From contig JBGTMR010000184.1 in assembly GCA_041743485.1 (NCBI GenBank), forward strand, positions 4,242 to 68,241: a stretch of DNA of 64,000 nt, given 5' to 3'. Below, one piece after another: positions 45,442 to 55,235 of the stretch (its first letter is position 1; the number at the start of each line of letters is the position of its first letter). The notes beneath the pieces were generated by a model. That model was not told where the DNA came from, made no database searches, and was given only the letters and a program-made list of their open reading frames with translations. Position numbers and translations under genes: made by a program. The stretch is from Pyrinomonadaceae bacterium. Its GTDB lineage: Bacteria > Acidobacteriota > Blastocatellia > Pyrinomonadales > Pyrinomonadaceae.

Positions 45442-47877
45442 ATGAGTAACTTGGCAAGAATCGTAATCTTTTCGGCTTTGTTCGTTGTTCCCTGTGTTCC
45501 GCGAGTGGTGGCGCAATCGTCGAACCAACCGGGTCAAATCGCAGGGTCGCGGCAGACAATTCCGACGCGCATTCTTTCAGGAGCGATTCTGTCGCAACAG
45601 GATGAGAGCGTCGCGGGTGCGACGTTGATTGTGCGTTCGGCTTCGGGTGAGGAGCGCACCACGACAAACGACAAAGGTGCTTTCCGGCTCACCGTCACGG
45701 GCGATTCGTTCGTGCTTCGCGTCGAAGGTAAAAACATCACCCCGCTTGAAAAGACATTCACCGCAAATACCGTGACGGAAGATTTGCAGTTGAAAATCGA
45801 AATCGTCGTTCCGCCGATTCACGAATCGGTCGTAATCGTCGCCGCGCAGCTTGACCCGGCTATTGAGCGGCGTAACGATGCGCTTTACAAAAACACGTTG
45901 TTCTCCAGAGACGATCAGTTGTTACAAAGCTTAAACGGCGGCATCAACGCCGGGCAGCACGAAGGCGGCGGGAAGTCTCTTGAGGTGCGCCGTTTCGGAT
46001 TCAACTTGGATCACGGCGGCGTCAACGGCGGCTTGAAAATCCTCGTTGACGACGTGCAGCAGAATCAAGGAACACAGGGACACGGGCAAGGTTATCTCGG
46101 TTCGCTAAAGAGCCTGACGCCCGAACTCGTCCAAGACGTTGACATCATAAACGGACCTTTCAGCGCGCAGTACGGCGACTTTTCGAGTCTCGGCGTCGTC
46201 CATATACGCTTGCGTGAATTTTTGCCCGACACCCTGACCGCGCGCGTGCATGGCGGCTCGTTCAACACCTTCCGTTCGTTTCTCGCTTACAGCCCGAAAT
46301 TAAAGAACGCCGATTCATTCATCGCTTATGAAGCGTCGCGCTCGGACGGTCCGTTCATCAGCCCGCTTCGCTACAAGCGCGATAATGTGACGGGCAACTA
46401 CACGCGCAGGTTGAGCGATAAATCCGCGCTCGGTTTCAAGTTCAACGCGGGACGCAACGACTTCTTTTCATCCGGTCAGATACCGCTCGATGAAGTGGCG
46501 GCGGGACGCCTCGACCGTTTCGGTTTCATTGACCCGGAGAACGGCGGGAAGGTGCAATCGGGAACTGCCGGTGTTTATTACCGCACGGAGGATTCAAACG
46601 GAAACATCTTCAAGATTGATGGATACGTCACCCGCTCGCTGTTCGATTTGTGGTCTAACTTTACGTTCTTCCTGAGCGATGAAGAGTTCGGCGACGAAAT
46701 TCAGCAACACGATTCGCGCCTTCAGCAAGGCGTCAACGCGCAGTACATTCGCCCTTACAAACTCTTCGGGCAGCAAGCGGTGTTAATCGCGGGCGGCAAC
46801 CTGCTCGCGCTTCAAGCCAACGTCGGGCTTTATCCTTCCATCGCACGCAATCCGAACAGAGCTTTTATCACGCGCAGCAACCTCGCCGACTGCGGCGGCA
46901 ACGGAAATCCCGGCACGCCCGGACTGCCCGACAATACCGTCTCTTCCTGCTTTCTGCTCACAGACGCCAACGCCGATGTGACGAACGGCGCGGGATATGT
47001 GCAACACGGACTCGACCTTTTCGACGGTCGCCTGCATCTCGAAGGCGGTCTGCGTCTCGATTACTTTCGCTTCACGGTTGCCGACTTAATTCAACCGGAG
47101 TTTTCCGGCACACGCGGCGGGGCGCGCTGGCAACCGAAAGCCACCGTCGCTTACACGCCGTCCACACGCCTTCCGGCAACCTTCTATTTCAACTACGGTC
47201 GCGGCATTGCGAGCCAAGACGCGCGCGGCGTCGTCCGTGACCCATCGGGACCCGTCATCTCCACGACGGACTTTTATCAACTCGGCTCGTCGCACAACAC
47301 AAAGCGGTTCTCGCTTAGTGCCGATTTGTTTTTGATAGATACCTCGAACCAACAGGTCTATATCCCCGATGACGGCAGCATAGAATTTGCCGGAGCGAGT
47401 CGGGCTTACGGCTTTGAAGCGAAATCTTCAATTCACATCACGCGCTTGCTCACTTTGAACGGCGGCATCACGCAAGTCGGCAACTCTTTTTACAAAGGCA
47501 CAAACCCGCGCGTCTATGTTGACAGCGCGCCGCACACAGTCGCCAACGCCGGATTAACGCTTGCCGGTTTTCAGGGTTGGACAAGTTCGCTTCGCTATCG
47601 TCACATCGGCAACTATCGCCTTGACGGTGAGGACGCAAGCATCCGCGCCGCCGGACACGACGTAGTTGATTTCAGCGTCGCCAAACGGCTTCGCCGATGG
47701 GTTGATTTCAATGTTTCGATTGACAATCTTTTCAACAAGCGTTACTTCGAGACGCAGAACTACTTCGAGTCGCGCCTTCGTCCGGGCGACCCTGTAATCT
47801 CGCGCATCCACGCGACGCCCGGCTATCCCTTCGGGGTAACGGCGGGACTCACATTCCGGTTATTCGGTGAGAAATGA
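45442..47877 (+). CDS. TonB-dependent outer-membrane receptor with CarboxypepD_reg-like N-domain
   Basis: Start at ATG 45442 after GAGGAG. Signal peptide. ...VAGATLIVRSASGEERTTTNDKGAFRL is a carboxypeptidase-regulatory-like fold. This is followed by a plug region (VVIVAAQLDP..) and a long beta-barrel-type sequence. Confidence 0.85.
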   Translation: MSNLARIVIFSALFVVPCVPRVVAQSSNQPGQIAGSRQTIPTRILSGAILSQQDESVAGATLIVRSASGEERTTTNDKGAFRLTVTGDSFVLRVEGKNITPLEKTFTANTVTEDLQLKIEIVVPPIHESVVIVAAQLDPAIERRNDALYKNTLFSRDDQLLQSLNGGINAGQHEGGGKSLEVRRFGFNLDHGGVNGGLKILVDDVQQNQGTQGHGQGYLGSLKSLTPELVQDVDIINGPFSAQYGDFSSLGVVHIRLREFLPDTLTARVHGGSFNTFRSFLAYSPKLKNADSFIAYEASRSDGPFISPLRYKRDNVTGNYTRRLSDKSALGFKFNAGRNDFFSSGQIPLDEVAAGRLDRFGFIDPENGGKVQSGTAGVYYRTEDSNGNIFKIDGYVTRSLFDLWSNFTFFLSDEEFGDEIQQHDSRLQQGVNAQYIRPYKLFGQQAVLIAGGNLLALQANVGLYPSIARNPNRAFITRSNLADCGGNGNPGTPGLPDNTVSSCFLLTDANADVTNGAGYVQHGLDLFDGRLHLEGGLRLDYFRFTVADLIQPEFSGTRGGARWQPKATVAYTPSTRLPATFYFNYGRGIASQDARGVVRDPSGPVISTTDFYQLGSSHNTKRFSLSADLFLIDTSNQQVYIPDDGSIEFAGASRAYGFEAKSSIHITRLLTLNGGITQVGNSFYKGTNPRVYVDSAPHTVANAGLTLAGFQGWTSSLRYRHIGNYRLDGEDASIRAAGHDVVDFSVAKRLRRWVDFNVSIDNLFNKRYFETQNYFESRLRPGDPVISRIHATPGYPFGVTAGLTFRLFGEK

Positions 47878-47934
47878 CGGGCGTCGGTGACCTAAACCCT
47901 GCTCCATAAATTGAAATCTGTCACGAATCGTGCT

Positions 47935-49248
47935 TCAGGTGGCGATGGAGATTAGCGTCCGCCGTGCGACATCGGCTTGTAGAACATTAAACGTGGGATT
48001 GGCTTCGAGCGCGCGTTTCAAATACTTCGCGGCGTTGCGACGGTCGCCGATGCCGTGATGAATCATGCCCGCGTGATAGAACAATCCGGCGTCGCGCGTG
48101 CCGAGTCGCAAGGCTTCATCCATGCTCGCTTTCGCTTCCGCGAGTTGACCTTTCTTGAACAGACACCACGCGAGGGCGTCGGACGTGTAGATGTCGGCGC
48201 GCTCCGTTCGTTCGCGGCGCGCGACGGCGAGGGCTTCGTCCAGTTTCGTGTCGCGGTCAGCCCAGAAAAGGGCGAGGCTGCGCGAGTAGGTTCGGCTTTC
48301 GGTTGACCCTGCGCGTTCGATAAATTCGACGAGTTCGTATTGACGCCGCGCTTCTTCGGAGCGTCCGAGCGAGGTGTAAATGTCGCCGAGCGCGATAGCC
48401 GTTTCGGGAAGGGGAACGCGCGCCTGCGCTTGTTTATAAAACTCTATGGCGGAGTCCGTGTCGGCGGCGGCGAGACGCGCGCGCCCTTTCGCGGCTAACG
48501 CCGGGTGATAATTCGGGAAGACGTGGAGCGCGACATCGTATTCGTATTCGGCGGCGGCGAGTTTGCCCGCGTTCATCAATTCGTCGCCGAGATGCACGCG
48601 ACACCACGCGATGCTTTCCGGGTCTTTCGCCGCCGATGCCGCCGCGCGCATCATCTCGATTGCGCCGTCGGTATCACCGTGCAGCGCGCGCAGGTATGAA
48701 GCGCGCGCGTAAGCCGAGGTGTCTTGGCGCAAATCAATCATCGTCTGCGCGGTCTCGAACGCCTGTTCATAACGTCCGAGTTCGACAAGGGCGTCCGTCA
48801 TCGCGCCGTAGTTTTCAGAATCCAGCGGCTGCATCGCACGCGCCTTTTGCGCGACTTCGAGTGCTTCGCCGAATCGGTGATAGGTGAGCAGCAATGCCGC
48901 TTTCAACTTGAGCGCGTCGTAATTGTTTTCGTCTCCGGCGATCTCGAACGAACGTGCGAGTGCCGCTTCAGCCCTTGCGTTGAAGCCGAAGTCTCCGGTC
49001 TCACGCGCCTTCTTCATGTAGGCGGCGGACAGCAGGTTATAACCTTTAGAGTCCGAGCCGTCGCGCCCGACCGCGTTTTGCGCCGCTTGAATTTGCCTGT
49101 CTGCTGTCGTCAAGCGGGTATTAGTCGCGTCCGGTTGCGGGCGAGATGCCACCGCGCGCGGGGCGCGAGTCGTCACGGAGCGAATGCCGAAAACGAAGGC
49201 GATGCCGCCTAGTAGTACGACTAGGAGAATCAGAATTATGTTACGCAT
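47935..49248 (-). CDS. membrane-anchored TPR-repeat protein (437 aa)
   Basis: N-terminal TM segment (IILILLVVLLGGIAFVFGI) plus a TPR array. Paralog of 49301-50602. Confidence 0.85.
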   Translation of the reverse strand: MRNIILILLVVLLGGIAFVFGIRSVTTRAPRAVASRPQPDATNTRLTTADRQIQAAQNAVGRDGSDSKGYNLLSAAYMKKARETGDFGFNARAEAALARSFEIAGDENNYDALKLKAALLLTYHRFGEALEVAQKARAMQPLDSENYGAMTDALVELGRYEQAFETAQTMIDLRQDTSAYARASYLRALHGDTDGAIEMMRAAASAAKDPESIAWCRVHLGDELMNAGKLAAAEYEYDVALHVFPNYHPALAAKGRARLAAADTDSAIEFYKQAQARVPLPETAIALGDIYTSLGRSEEARRQYELVEFIERAGSTESRTYSRSLALFWADRDTKLDEALAVARRERTERADIYTSDALAWCLFKKGQLAEAKASMDEALRLGTRDAGLFYHAGMIHHGIGDRRNAAKYLKRALEANPTFNVLQADVARRTLISIAT

Positions 49249-49300
49249 ATCTTATTTACCGGATTGATATAAGCCGAGAATCTATCGTTGTATTTTTTCT

Positions 49301-50602
49301 TTAACGCCCGGAGCGGCTGCCCGCAGCGGCGGGTGACAGAAGCGCGAGTTTTTCGCGCGCCGATTTCGCGGATGCCGCCAATGGGTTGAGATTGACCGAC
49401 TGCCGCAGATGGAGTTCAGCTTTGATGGGATCGTTCGACTTCAAAAATATCGAACCGGCGTGATACAGAAAGTCTGCGTCGCGCACGCCGACGGCGAGTA
49501 TCTTTTCCATTTGACGACGAGCTTCGGGGTAGTCTCCGTTGACATAGAGTGACCACGCGAATGCGTCGAGGGTATGCACATCTTGACGGCGGGCGACTTC
49601 GATACGCGCGATGCCGAGTGCTTCCACAGGCTTTCGCGCGTGGTCGGCATAATAGAAAATCAGTTCGCGGTTGGCGTTGTCGGCGTCGTCCTTTAGGGCG
49701 CGTGCCTGCTTTTCAAATTCGACATAGAGACGGTTCGATTCTTCAAGCTGTCCGGCTTGTTCGAGGGCGTTTGCCAGTGCGTACAGATTGCGCGGATGAG
49801 GCGCGGTGCGGTTCACCTGACGCCGCAGTTCGACGGCTTCGGCATGTCGTTGTTGAGCGGAGCGGACGCCCGCGAGGTCGGCTAGCGCGTAGTTATATTC
49901 GGGGAGCAGTCCGAGAGCTTGACGCAGTAATTTCTCGGCTGAGTTTGAGTCTCCGGTCGAGAGCGACAAGCGCGCGGCTTGCGTCAGCAATCGCGCGCGC
50001 TCTTCCGTTTCGCCGAACAGCGTCGCCTCATAAGCCGCGTACAGCATCTCCGACGCTCCCGCCGTGTCACCGAAAACTTCCCTCAAACGCGCGATGCGCG
50101 TGAGACCCTGCGCTCCGGCGTGGCGTAGGTCGAGCATCCACTGCACGGCATCTTCGGCTTCCTTGTAGTTGCCGAGTTCAATGGCGGCATCGGCGATAAA
50201 GCCGTACACGGAGATGTCGTCGGGAAGCCGCGTGTTGAGTTTCTTCGCCAACGTCAGAGCTTTGGCGAATTCGTGTTTGCCGAGCAGAATCTGAACCTGA
50301 ATTTTTTGCGCCCCGTTGTTATCGGGAGCTAAACGAAAAGAGTTTTGAAGCGATGCTTCGGCTTGGCGGTAGTAAAACGGGTCGGCGGTTTCACGCGCGC
50401 GGCGTGCGAACGCGGACGCTAATTCATTATGGTATTCGACGTGTTCGGGATTTTTGCGGACGGCATTTTGCGCCGAAGCTATTTTTTGCAGAGTCGGCGA
50501 GAGCGGCTTATCAGCTTGGATTGGGGCAGATGATAATTGCGCGGAGACGCCGAGCGTCAACAGAAGAATGAGTGAAGCCGCCGCTATTGGAATTTTTGTC
50601 AT
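49301..50602 (-). CDS. secreted TPR-repeat protein (paralog of 47935-49248)
   Basis: Signal peptide MTKIPIAAASLILLLTLGVSAQ. Shared blocks with the neighbour include SAQNAVRK/AAQNAVGR and RRARETADPF/KKARETGDF. An alternative GTG start is at 50614. Confidence 0.85.
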   Translation of the reverse strand: MTKIPIAAASLILLLTLGVSAQLSSAPIQADKPLSPTLQKIASAQNAVRKNPEHVEYHNELASAFARRARETADPFYYRQAEASLQNSFRLAPDNNGAQKIQVQILLGKHEFAKALTLAKKLNTRLPDDISVYGFIADAAIELGNYKEAEDAVQWMLDLRHAGAQGLTRIARLREVFGDTAGASEMLYAAYEATLFGETEERARLLTQAARLSLSTGDSNSAEKLLRQALGLLPEYNYALADLAGVRSAQQRHAEAVELRRQVNRTAPHPRNLYALANALEQAGQLEESNRLYVEFEKQARALKDDADNANRELIFYYADHARKPVEALGIARIEVARRQDVHTLDAFAWSLYVNGDYPEARRQMEKILAVGVRDADFLYHAGSIFLKSNDPIKAELHLRQSVNLNPLAASAKSAREKLALLSPAAAGSRSGR

Positions 50603-50710
50603 CGGGTAAGTCACCGGGAAAGTTGAGGTGTGCGGTCATGTTCCTTGCGGGACATGACCGCACGATTGCAAACGTGTGTAGAGAACCGGGCATCGTTGCA
50701 AACTCGATGG

Positions 50711-52447
50711 TTACGGGTTTTCGTCGGGAGGCGTGCAGGGAGCACCGTTGCCCATCGTGCAGCCCGGCTCGCCGGGATCAATGTGTCGGCTGTTGCGCCC
50801 GTCGTGCGCGAACCACACATATGGGAACGTCTCAAATTGAGGCGTGTCGTTGACGTTCACGGCATCGCCGAGAATGTTGTTTGGCGGGATGTTGAACGCG
50901 GGATTAAAGACTCCGGCGGTCAACCGCAAAGTGATGTCGGTGACATCATCGGTTACGCGGCGACCGTTCGGATAGCCCGCCGGATCGCGGCGTGTTCCGA
51001 GACCGACCAACCCCAAGCGACTCCTCGTCGCCACGGGTGTCGGCGGTACGCCGGTGTTAAGTCGCAGCAAGTCCGCGATTGGTCCGACAGGTGTACCGGG
51101 CGCGGCAATCGGTGGTAAATACTGGTAAAGCGGTCGCAAATCATCGCGCGGCGGGTCTGGGACTCTGATCACCGGAACCTGCGCGTTGAGTTGGCGCGCG
51201 AGATAAGGATCGAAGAAGAAACGGCTGAACCGTTCATCGCTTCTCGGCTCGCTGACGCTGAACACATCCTTGAATCCCGTGCCGACGAACAATTCGTTGG
51301 TCAAGGCATTAGCCATGCGCGCCACCTGACGGAATTGACCGTTGGTGTTCTGGTTCTGGAAACGCGATGCTTCTTCAAACGTCAATCCCCGATTGCCGTT
51401 TCCAAAGCTGTTGCCGTTGCCGTTGTTATCGAATGTACGGCGGATTGTTACCTGTTGCCGGGAAGTCGTACCCCATGAACCGATGGTGGCTGCCGGACTG
51501 GTAGCAGGTTCTCTGCGCCCCGTGCGCGTCAGCATCGTAATCGGGACTTCGATGGCGATGACGTTGACGTTGTAACCGGAGACATCCTCTTGGTTGATGT
51601 TGATGTTGTCGTTGTTGTCTATTTCGGCTTGGGCGGCGAGTCCGGCGGCGCGTAGATTGCCCGTGTCGAATGCCGCGCCCAAGTCAATCCAGAAAGGATC
51701 GTCAACTGTACCGGCAAACACACGGACGCCGTTGTCCAGATTGTTAGTAGCCTGCTGAAACAGACCACCCGGAGCTTCATATGTAGGCATAGTGCGTGGA
51801 CCGACGTTCGAGGGAAGGGCAATCAATCGCCTATTGCCCGTCAAGTCGGTTTGATTATTGCCATTACCGTTGCCGTTGTTACCGTTATTGCCATTACCGT
51901 TGCCGTTGTTGCCGTTGCCGCGCAACATCGTCACCGAGTAGGTCTGGCGTAGGAAGATGCCTTCGGAACCGGGTCCGTCGAGGGCGGTGACGGCGGGCGG
52001 AACTATCGGCGTGCCGGGAGGCGCGCCTGCCGGACCGCCCGGAGGCGCATTGACACCCTGTCCCTGTCCGAAGGGCGTGGAGTAGATGCCTTCGGCGATG
52101 CGCTGTGGAATCTGCGGCGGCAAGCGGATTTCGGTTTGGAAGCGAAATTGAAACGTCACGTCTTCGATGGCATCCTGATTGTTGTCAATCTTGATTTCAT
52201 AAAGGATGTTCGGATCGAAGGGAAAATAATTGGGACCGTTGGAAGGCTCCAACAGTGGGTCAACGTTTAGCAGAAACGTCACCTTACTCGGATCGTCGTA
52301 ACTGACAAACGAAAAATAATCGGTGATGTCAGCCAAACGGTCGAGCGCAGTAATCGGTGCTTCGCGGTGATTGGCAGCGAAACTCACGTTCGGCGCGAGC
52401 AGCATCGCCGCTATCGTCAGTGCGACGAAAGCTTTGAATCTTTTCAT
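50711..52447 (-). CDS. DUF4331-family secreted protein with Gly/Asn repeat insert
   Basis: Signal peptide ...APNVSFA|ANHREAPITALDRLADITDYFSF...ILYEIKIDNNQDAIEDVTFQFRF. Internal GNGNNGNGNGNNGNNGNGNGNN tract. Confidence 0.85.
   Translation of the reverse strand: MKRFKAFVALTIAAMLLAPNVSFAANHREAPITALDRLADITDYFSFVSYDDPSKVTFLLNVDPLLEPSNGPNYFPFDPNILYEIKIDNNQDAIEDVTFQFRFQTEIRLPPQIPQRIAEGIYSTPFGQGQGVNAPPGGPAGAPPGTPIVPPAVTALDGPGSEGIFLRQTYSVTMLRGNGNNGNGNGNNGNNGNGNGNNQTDLTGNRRLIALPSNVGPRTMPTYEAPGGLFQQATNNLDNGVRVFAGTVDDPFWIDLGAAFDTGNLRAAGLAAQAEIDNNDNININQEDVSGYNVNVIAIEVPITMLTRTGRREPATSPAATIGSWGTTSRQQVTIRRTFDNNGNGNSFGNGNRGLTFEEASRFQNQNTNGQFRQVARMANALTNELFVGTGFKDVFSVSEPRSDERFSRFFFDPYLARQLNAQVPVIRVPDPPRDDLRPLYQYLPPIAAPGTPVGPIADLLRLNTGVPPTPVATRSRLGLVGLGTRRDPAGYPNGRRVTDDVTDITLRLTAGVFNPAFNIPPNNILGDAVNVNDTPQFETFPYVWFAHDGRNSRHIDPGEPGCTMGNGAPCTPPDENP
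51857..51916. repeat. 2 x 30-bp tandem repeat encoding the (G/N)n tract
   Basis: ATTGCCATTACCGTTGCCGTTGTT occurs at 51857-51880 and 51887-51910, each followed by a 6-nt (A/G)CCGTT. Confidence 0.85.
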
Positions 52448-52849
52448 GTGCTTCTCCTCGTCAAGTTTTTTTGGGAGCGTTAATGAAGATTGCTAAATTA
52501 GCGATCACTGCTCAAAGAACGCTGCCGATAATCCCAACGGTCATCGCGCTTCAAACACAGTTCTACCGTCAGTATTCACATACCGGTGCAAGCTAAATCA
52601 ACAATGTCGGCTACTGATATATCATGCCTCCTTGCCAAGTTATTCCCGCAGCACTCCGGTATGTTCGCAATTTGAAACCGTGCGTCCCGTTTTTGCTTCG
52701 TAACAAATCATCCGCGCTTCAAGTGCGCCTTCCGCGTCTTCATTGACGCGCACATAATTTAATCTGTAGGGGAACTTCGCTTCGCAAGTCTTCGAGAGTC
52801 AATGTTGCGGCTTCGCCGAGTTCGACGTAGCGCGTCCACGATCCGGTGT

Positions 52850-53123
52850 TGAGGGAGGTGGTTTAATTATTTAGGACACAAAACTCTCGCTAGAATAGAG
52901 CGATGAGAAAATACGACGAAGAATATAAACAAGCAGCCGTCAAGAAAATACACGACGGTCAATCGGTGGCAAGCGTCGCACGCGAGTTAGGCGTGGCGGG
53001 GTAGTTTATTGCATAACTGGAAACGACTGGTGAGCGAAAGCAGATCAGACGCCGACAAGGAAACGCTTTCACCGAAGGAAGCGGATTCGGGAACTGGAGA
53101 TGGAACGCGACATCCTAAAGAAG
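52850..53123 (+). mobile_element. 5' fragment of a second, diverged copy of the IS3-family element
   Basis: TGAGGGAGGTGGTTTAATTATTTAGGACACAAAACTC... followed by ATGAGAAAATACGACGAAGAATATAAACAAGCAGCC... aligns with the reverse complement of 32173-31900. Similarity ends after ...CATCCTAAAGAAG at 53123. Confidence 0.8.
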
Positions 53124-53887
53124 TGTATGGCTCCGCCGTCCGGGTCAAGCACAGTACGAACGATGTAGCACAAGGTGGGACGGACGGCAGCGTGAGTTGG
53201 TATGGAGTTCGACACACGCGAGGACGGTGCGAGGAATGCAAGTTGTGTTGCTGATATGGACGGATGGGCGCGTGAAAGTTCCACTTGGGCTAAGGCTGTG
53301 GCGCAAGGGCGGAGCGTCAAAGGTCGAACTTCGCCGCGCAGCTGTGAGGCGAAGCCGGAAGGCGCGGAATCTGCCCGGAATATGTGCTTTTTGATAGTTG
53401 GTACGCGGCGGGCGCGATCCTTCATCTGCTTGACGGACTTGGTTAGAAGTATTTTGCGCGCCTTAAAAGTAACCGCCTCTTCGACGGGCAGGCAGTGCGC
53501 GAAGCGTGGCGGCATCGGTTTGGGGGCGCGTTTGGAAGATTGCGGAAAATCAATTATGAAGTGTGCGTGGGCAAAGACGGGCGACGCTACTTTGTCTCCA
53601 ACGACACTCAACTTTCCTCACCCAAGCTCAAGGCGCACTATCGCATCAGGCAGCAGCTTGAAGAGGTCTTCCGCTTACTCAAACAAGAGTTCGGCTGGAG
53701 CCAAAGCAGCGCACAGAAAGCACGGGCGCAAGTCGCACACCTACATCTCGGACTTTACGCCCTATGTATCACGCAAGCCGAAGCACTAAAGAATGGGCAG
53801 ACGATCTATGCTTTCAAGCATTCCTTATTTCGTCTGCCCATTCCAGAACATCTCGTGCAGTTAGAGCATTTGCCGCTCGCTGCGTAA
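53124..53887 (+). pseudogene. IS4/IS701-superfamily DDE transposase remnant (N-terminally truncated, frameshifted)
   Basis: The fragments VVLLIWTDGRVKVPLGLRLWRKGG, ..YVLFDSWYAAGAILHLL.. and ...YFVSNDTQLSSPKLKAHYRIRQQLEEVFRLLKQEFGW lie in different frames (ORFs 53197-53394, 53202-53789, 53495-53887). Confidence 0.65.
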
Positions 53888-54157
53888 TTTCAGTGTTTGT
53901 TGTCCGCGTCATGTGAGTTCGGTGATTCAACCTAACCCACGTTTGGCGAGGCGAGGTCGCGGAGTAATCCCCGCCGCGACCTCGCCTCGCCGGCTCCGCC
54001 GGCTGTTCAACTCGTCCGAAGACGCTTGTGGCAACGAAAAGCTCGTTGCCCATCCAACAAGTTCAACTCTTTCCTACGACGTGCGTTTGGCTCCGACGAC
54101 GCGGTTATTGCCGTCGAAGTCGGTGAAGGTGAACCCGGCGAAGTCTTCGCTATAAGT

Positions 54158-55235
54158 ATAGGACTTACGCAGAAAGCTAAAAATGCTGATAATTAGCGCA
54201 TGGTTATTAACACCCGACCGGCGCGCTTAGATTATTGTCAGTATCTGGTGAGCAGCCAGATCAATTACACCCTGACGAGCTTTGCAGAGCATTCGCGCAA
54301 GTTTAGTCACGACCAACTCAACCGCCATTTACGCGATGACAAATTGTCCCCACGCCTCGTCTGGGAACAAACCAAAGAGCACCTCATTGCATCGCCTAAT
54401 GGCTTTCTTATCTTTGACGACACGGTTGCCGATAAGAACCACTCACGCGCCATCGAGTTGGTGCGCCGTCAGTGGAGCGGCAACACCCATTCAGTGATTC
54501 GTGGCATTGGCATCGTCACTTGCATTTATGTTAATCCTGAAACAAATCAGTTTTGGCTCATTGACTATCGTATCTTTGCTCCTGACGAGGATGGCAAAAC
54601 CAAACTCGATCATGCCAAAGAGATGTTCGATTTGGCAATTCATAGTAAAGAGCTTGAGTTTCGCTGTGTGTTGATGGATACGTGGTACGCAACCCGTCAA
54701 TTCATGCTCCATATTGAGCGAAATGGCAAAATCTACTACTGTCCGCTGCAAGCTAATCGGCAGGTAGATGAAGGTGAGGGGACAGTTATCAATTACCAAC
54801 GCGCTGATTCTTTGAGTTGGAGCGAACACGAGAAAGCGCACGGCAAGAATGTCCATGTCAAAGACTTTCCCAAAGGGCATCGCCTCGAACTGTTCCGGCT
54901 CGTGGTCTCAAAAGATCGCACGGATTATGTCGTGACCAACGACACCACTCAACACTCGACCGATGACACACAAGAGGTGTGTGCCGTTCGTTGGAAGATT
55001 GAGCAGTTACACCGCGAAGTCAAACAGGTGAGCGGTCTTGAGAGTTGCCAATGCCGAGTGGGAAGAATCCAACGCAATCATATCGCGTGTGCGCTGTTGG
55101 TGTGGTGTCGGTTCAAAGAACTAGCTTATGAGACGGGCAGAACGGTTTATCAAATCAAGTTCGGTCAGTTGAGTGATTACTTGATTGGGCAGCTAAAATC
55201 TCCGTCTGTCAAAATGGCTCTTGCGTAAGTCCTAT
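54158..55235 (+). mobile_element. IS701-like insertion sequence (apparently intact)
   Basis: 14-bp inverted repeats, ATAGGACTTACGCA (54158-54171) and TGCGTAAGTCCTAT (55222-55235), bracket one 342-aa transposase ORF. The element is inserted into an IS481-type transposase gene. Confidence 0.7.
54200..55228 (+). CDS. DDE transposase (IS701/IS4-superfamily-like)
   Basis: ...LDYCQYLVSSQINYTLTSFAEH...FLIFDDTVADK...VLMDTWYAT...RWKIEQLHREVKQ. The family assignment is from memory of similar N-termini. Confidence 0.7.
   Translation: MVINTRPARLDYCQYLVSSQINYTLTSFAEHSRKFSHDQLNRHLRDDKLSPRLVWEQTKEHLIASPNGFLIFDDTVADKNHSRAIELVRRQWSGNTHSVIRGIGIVTCIYVNPETNQFWLIDYRIFAPDEDGKTKLDHAKEMFDLAIHSKELEFRCVLMDTWYATRQFMLHIERNGKIYYCPLQANRQVDEGEGTVINYQRADSLSWSEHEKAHGKNVHVKDFPKGHRLELFRLVVSKDRTDYVVTNDTTQHSTDDTQEVCAVRWKIEQLHREVKQVSGLESCQCRVGRIQRNHIACALLVWCRFKELAYETGRTVYQIKFGQLSDYLIGQLKSPSVKMALA

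Noticed and set aside
53814-54155. ORFs 53814-54053 (-) and 53913-54155 (+) between IS remnants
   Set aside because: Both read through an 18-bp perfect hairpin and give Arg-rich sequence. This is probably non-coding IS-end debris.
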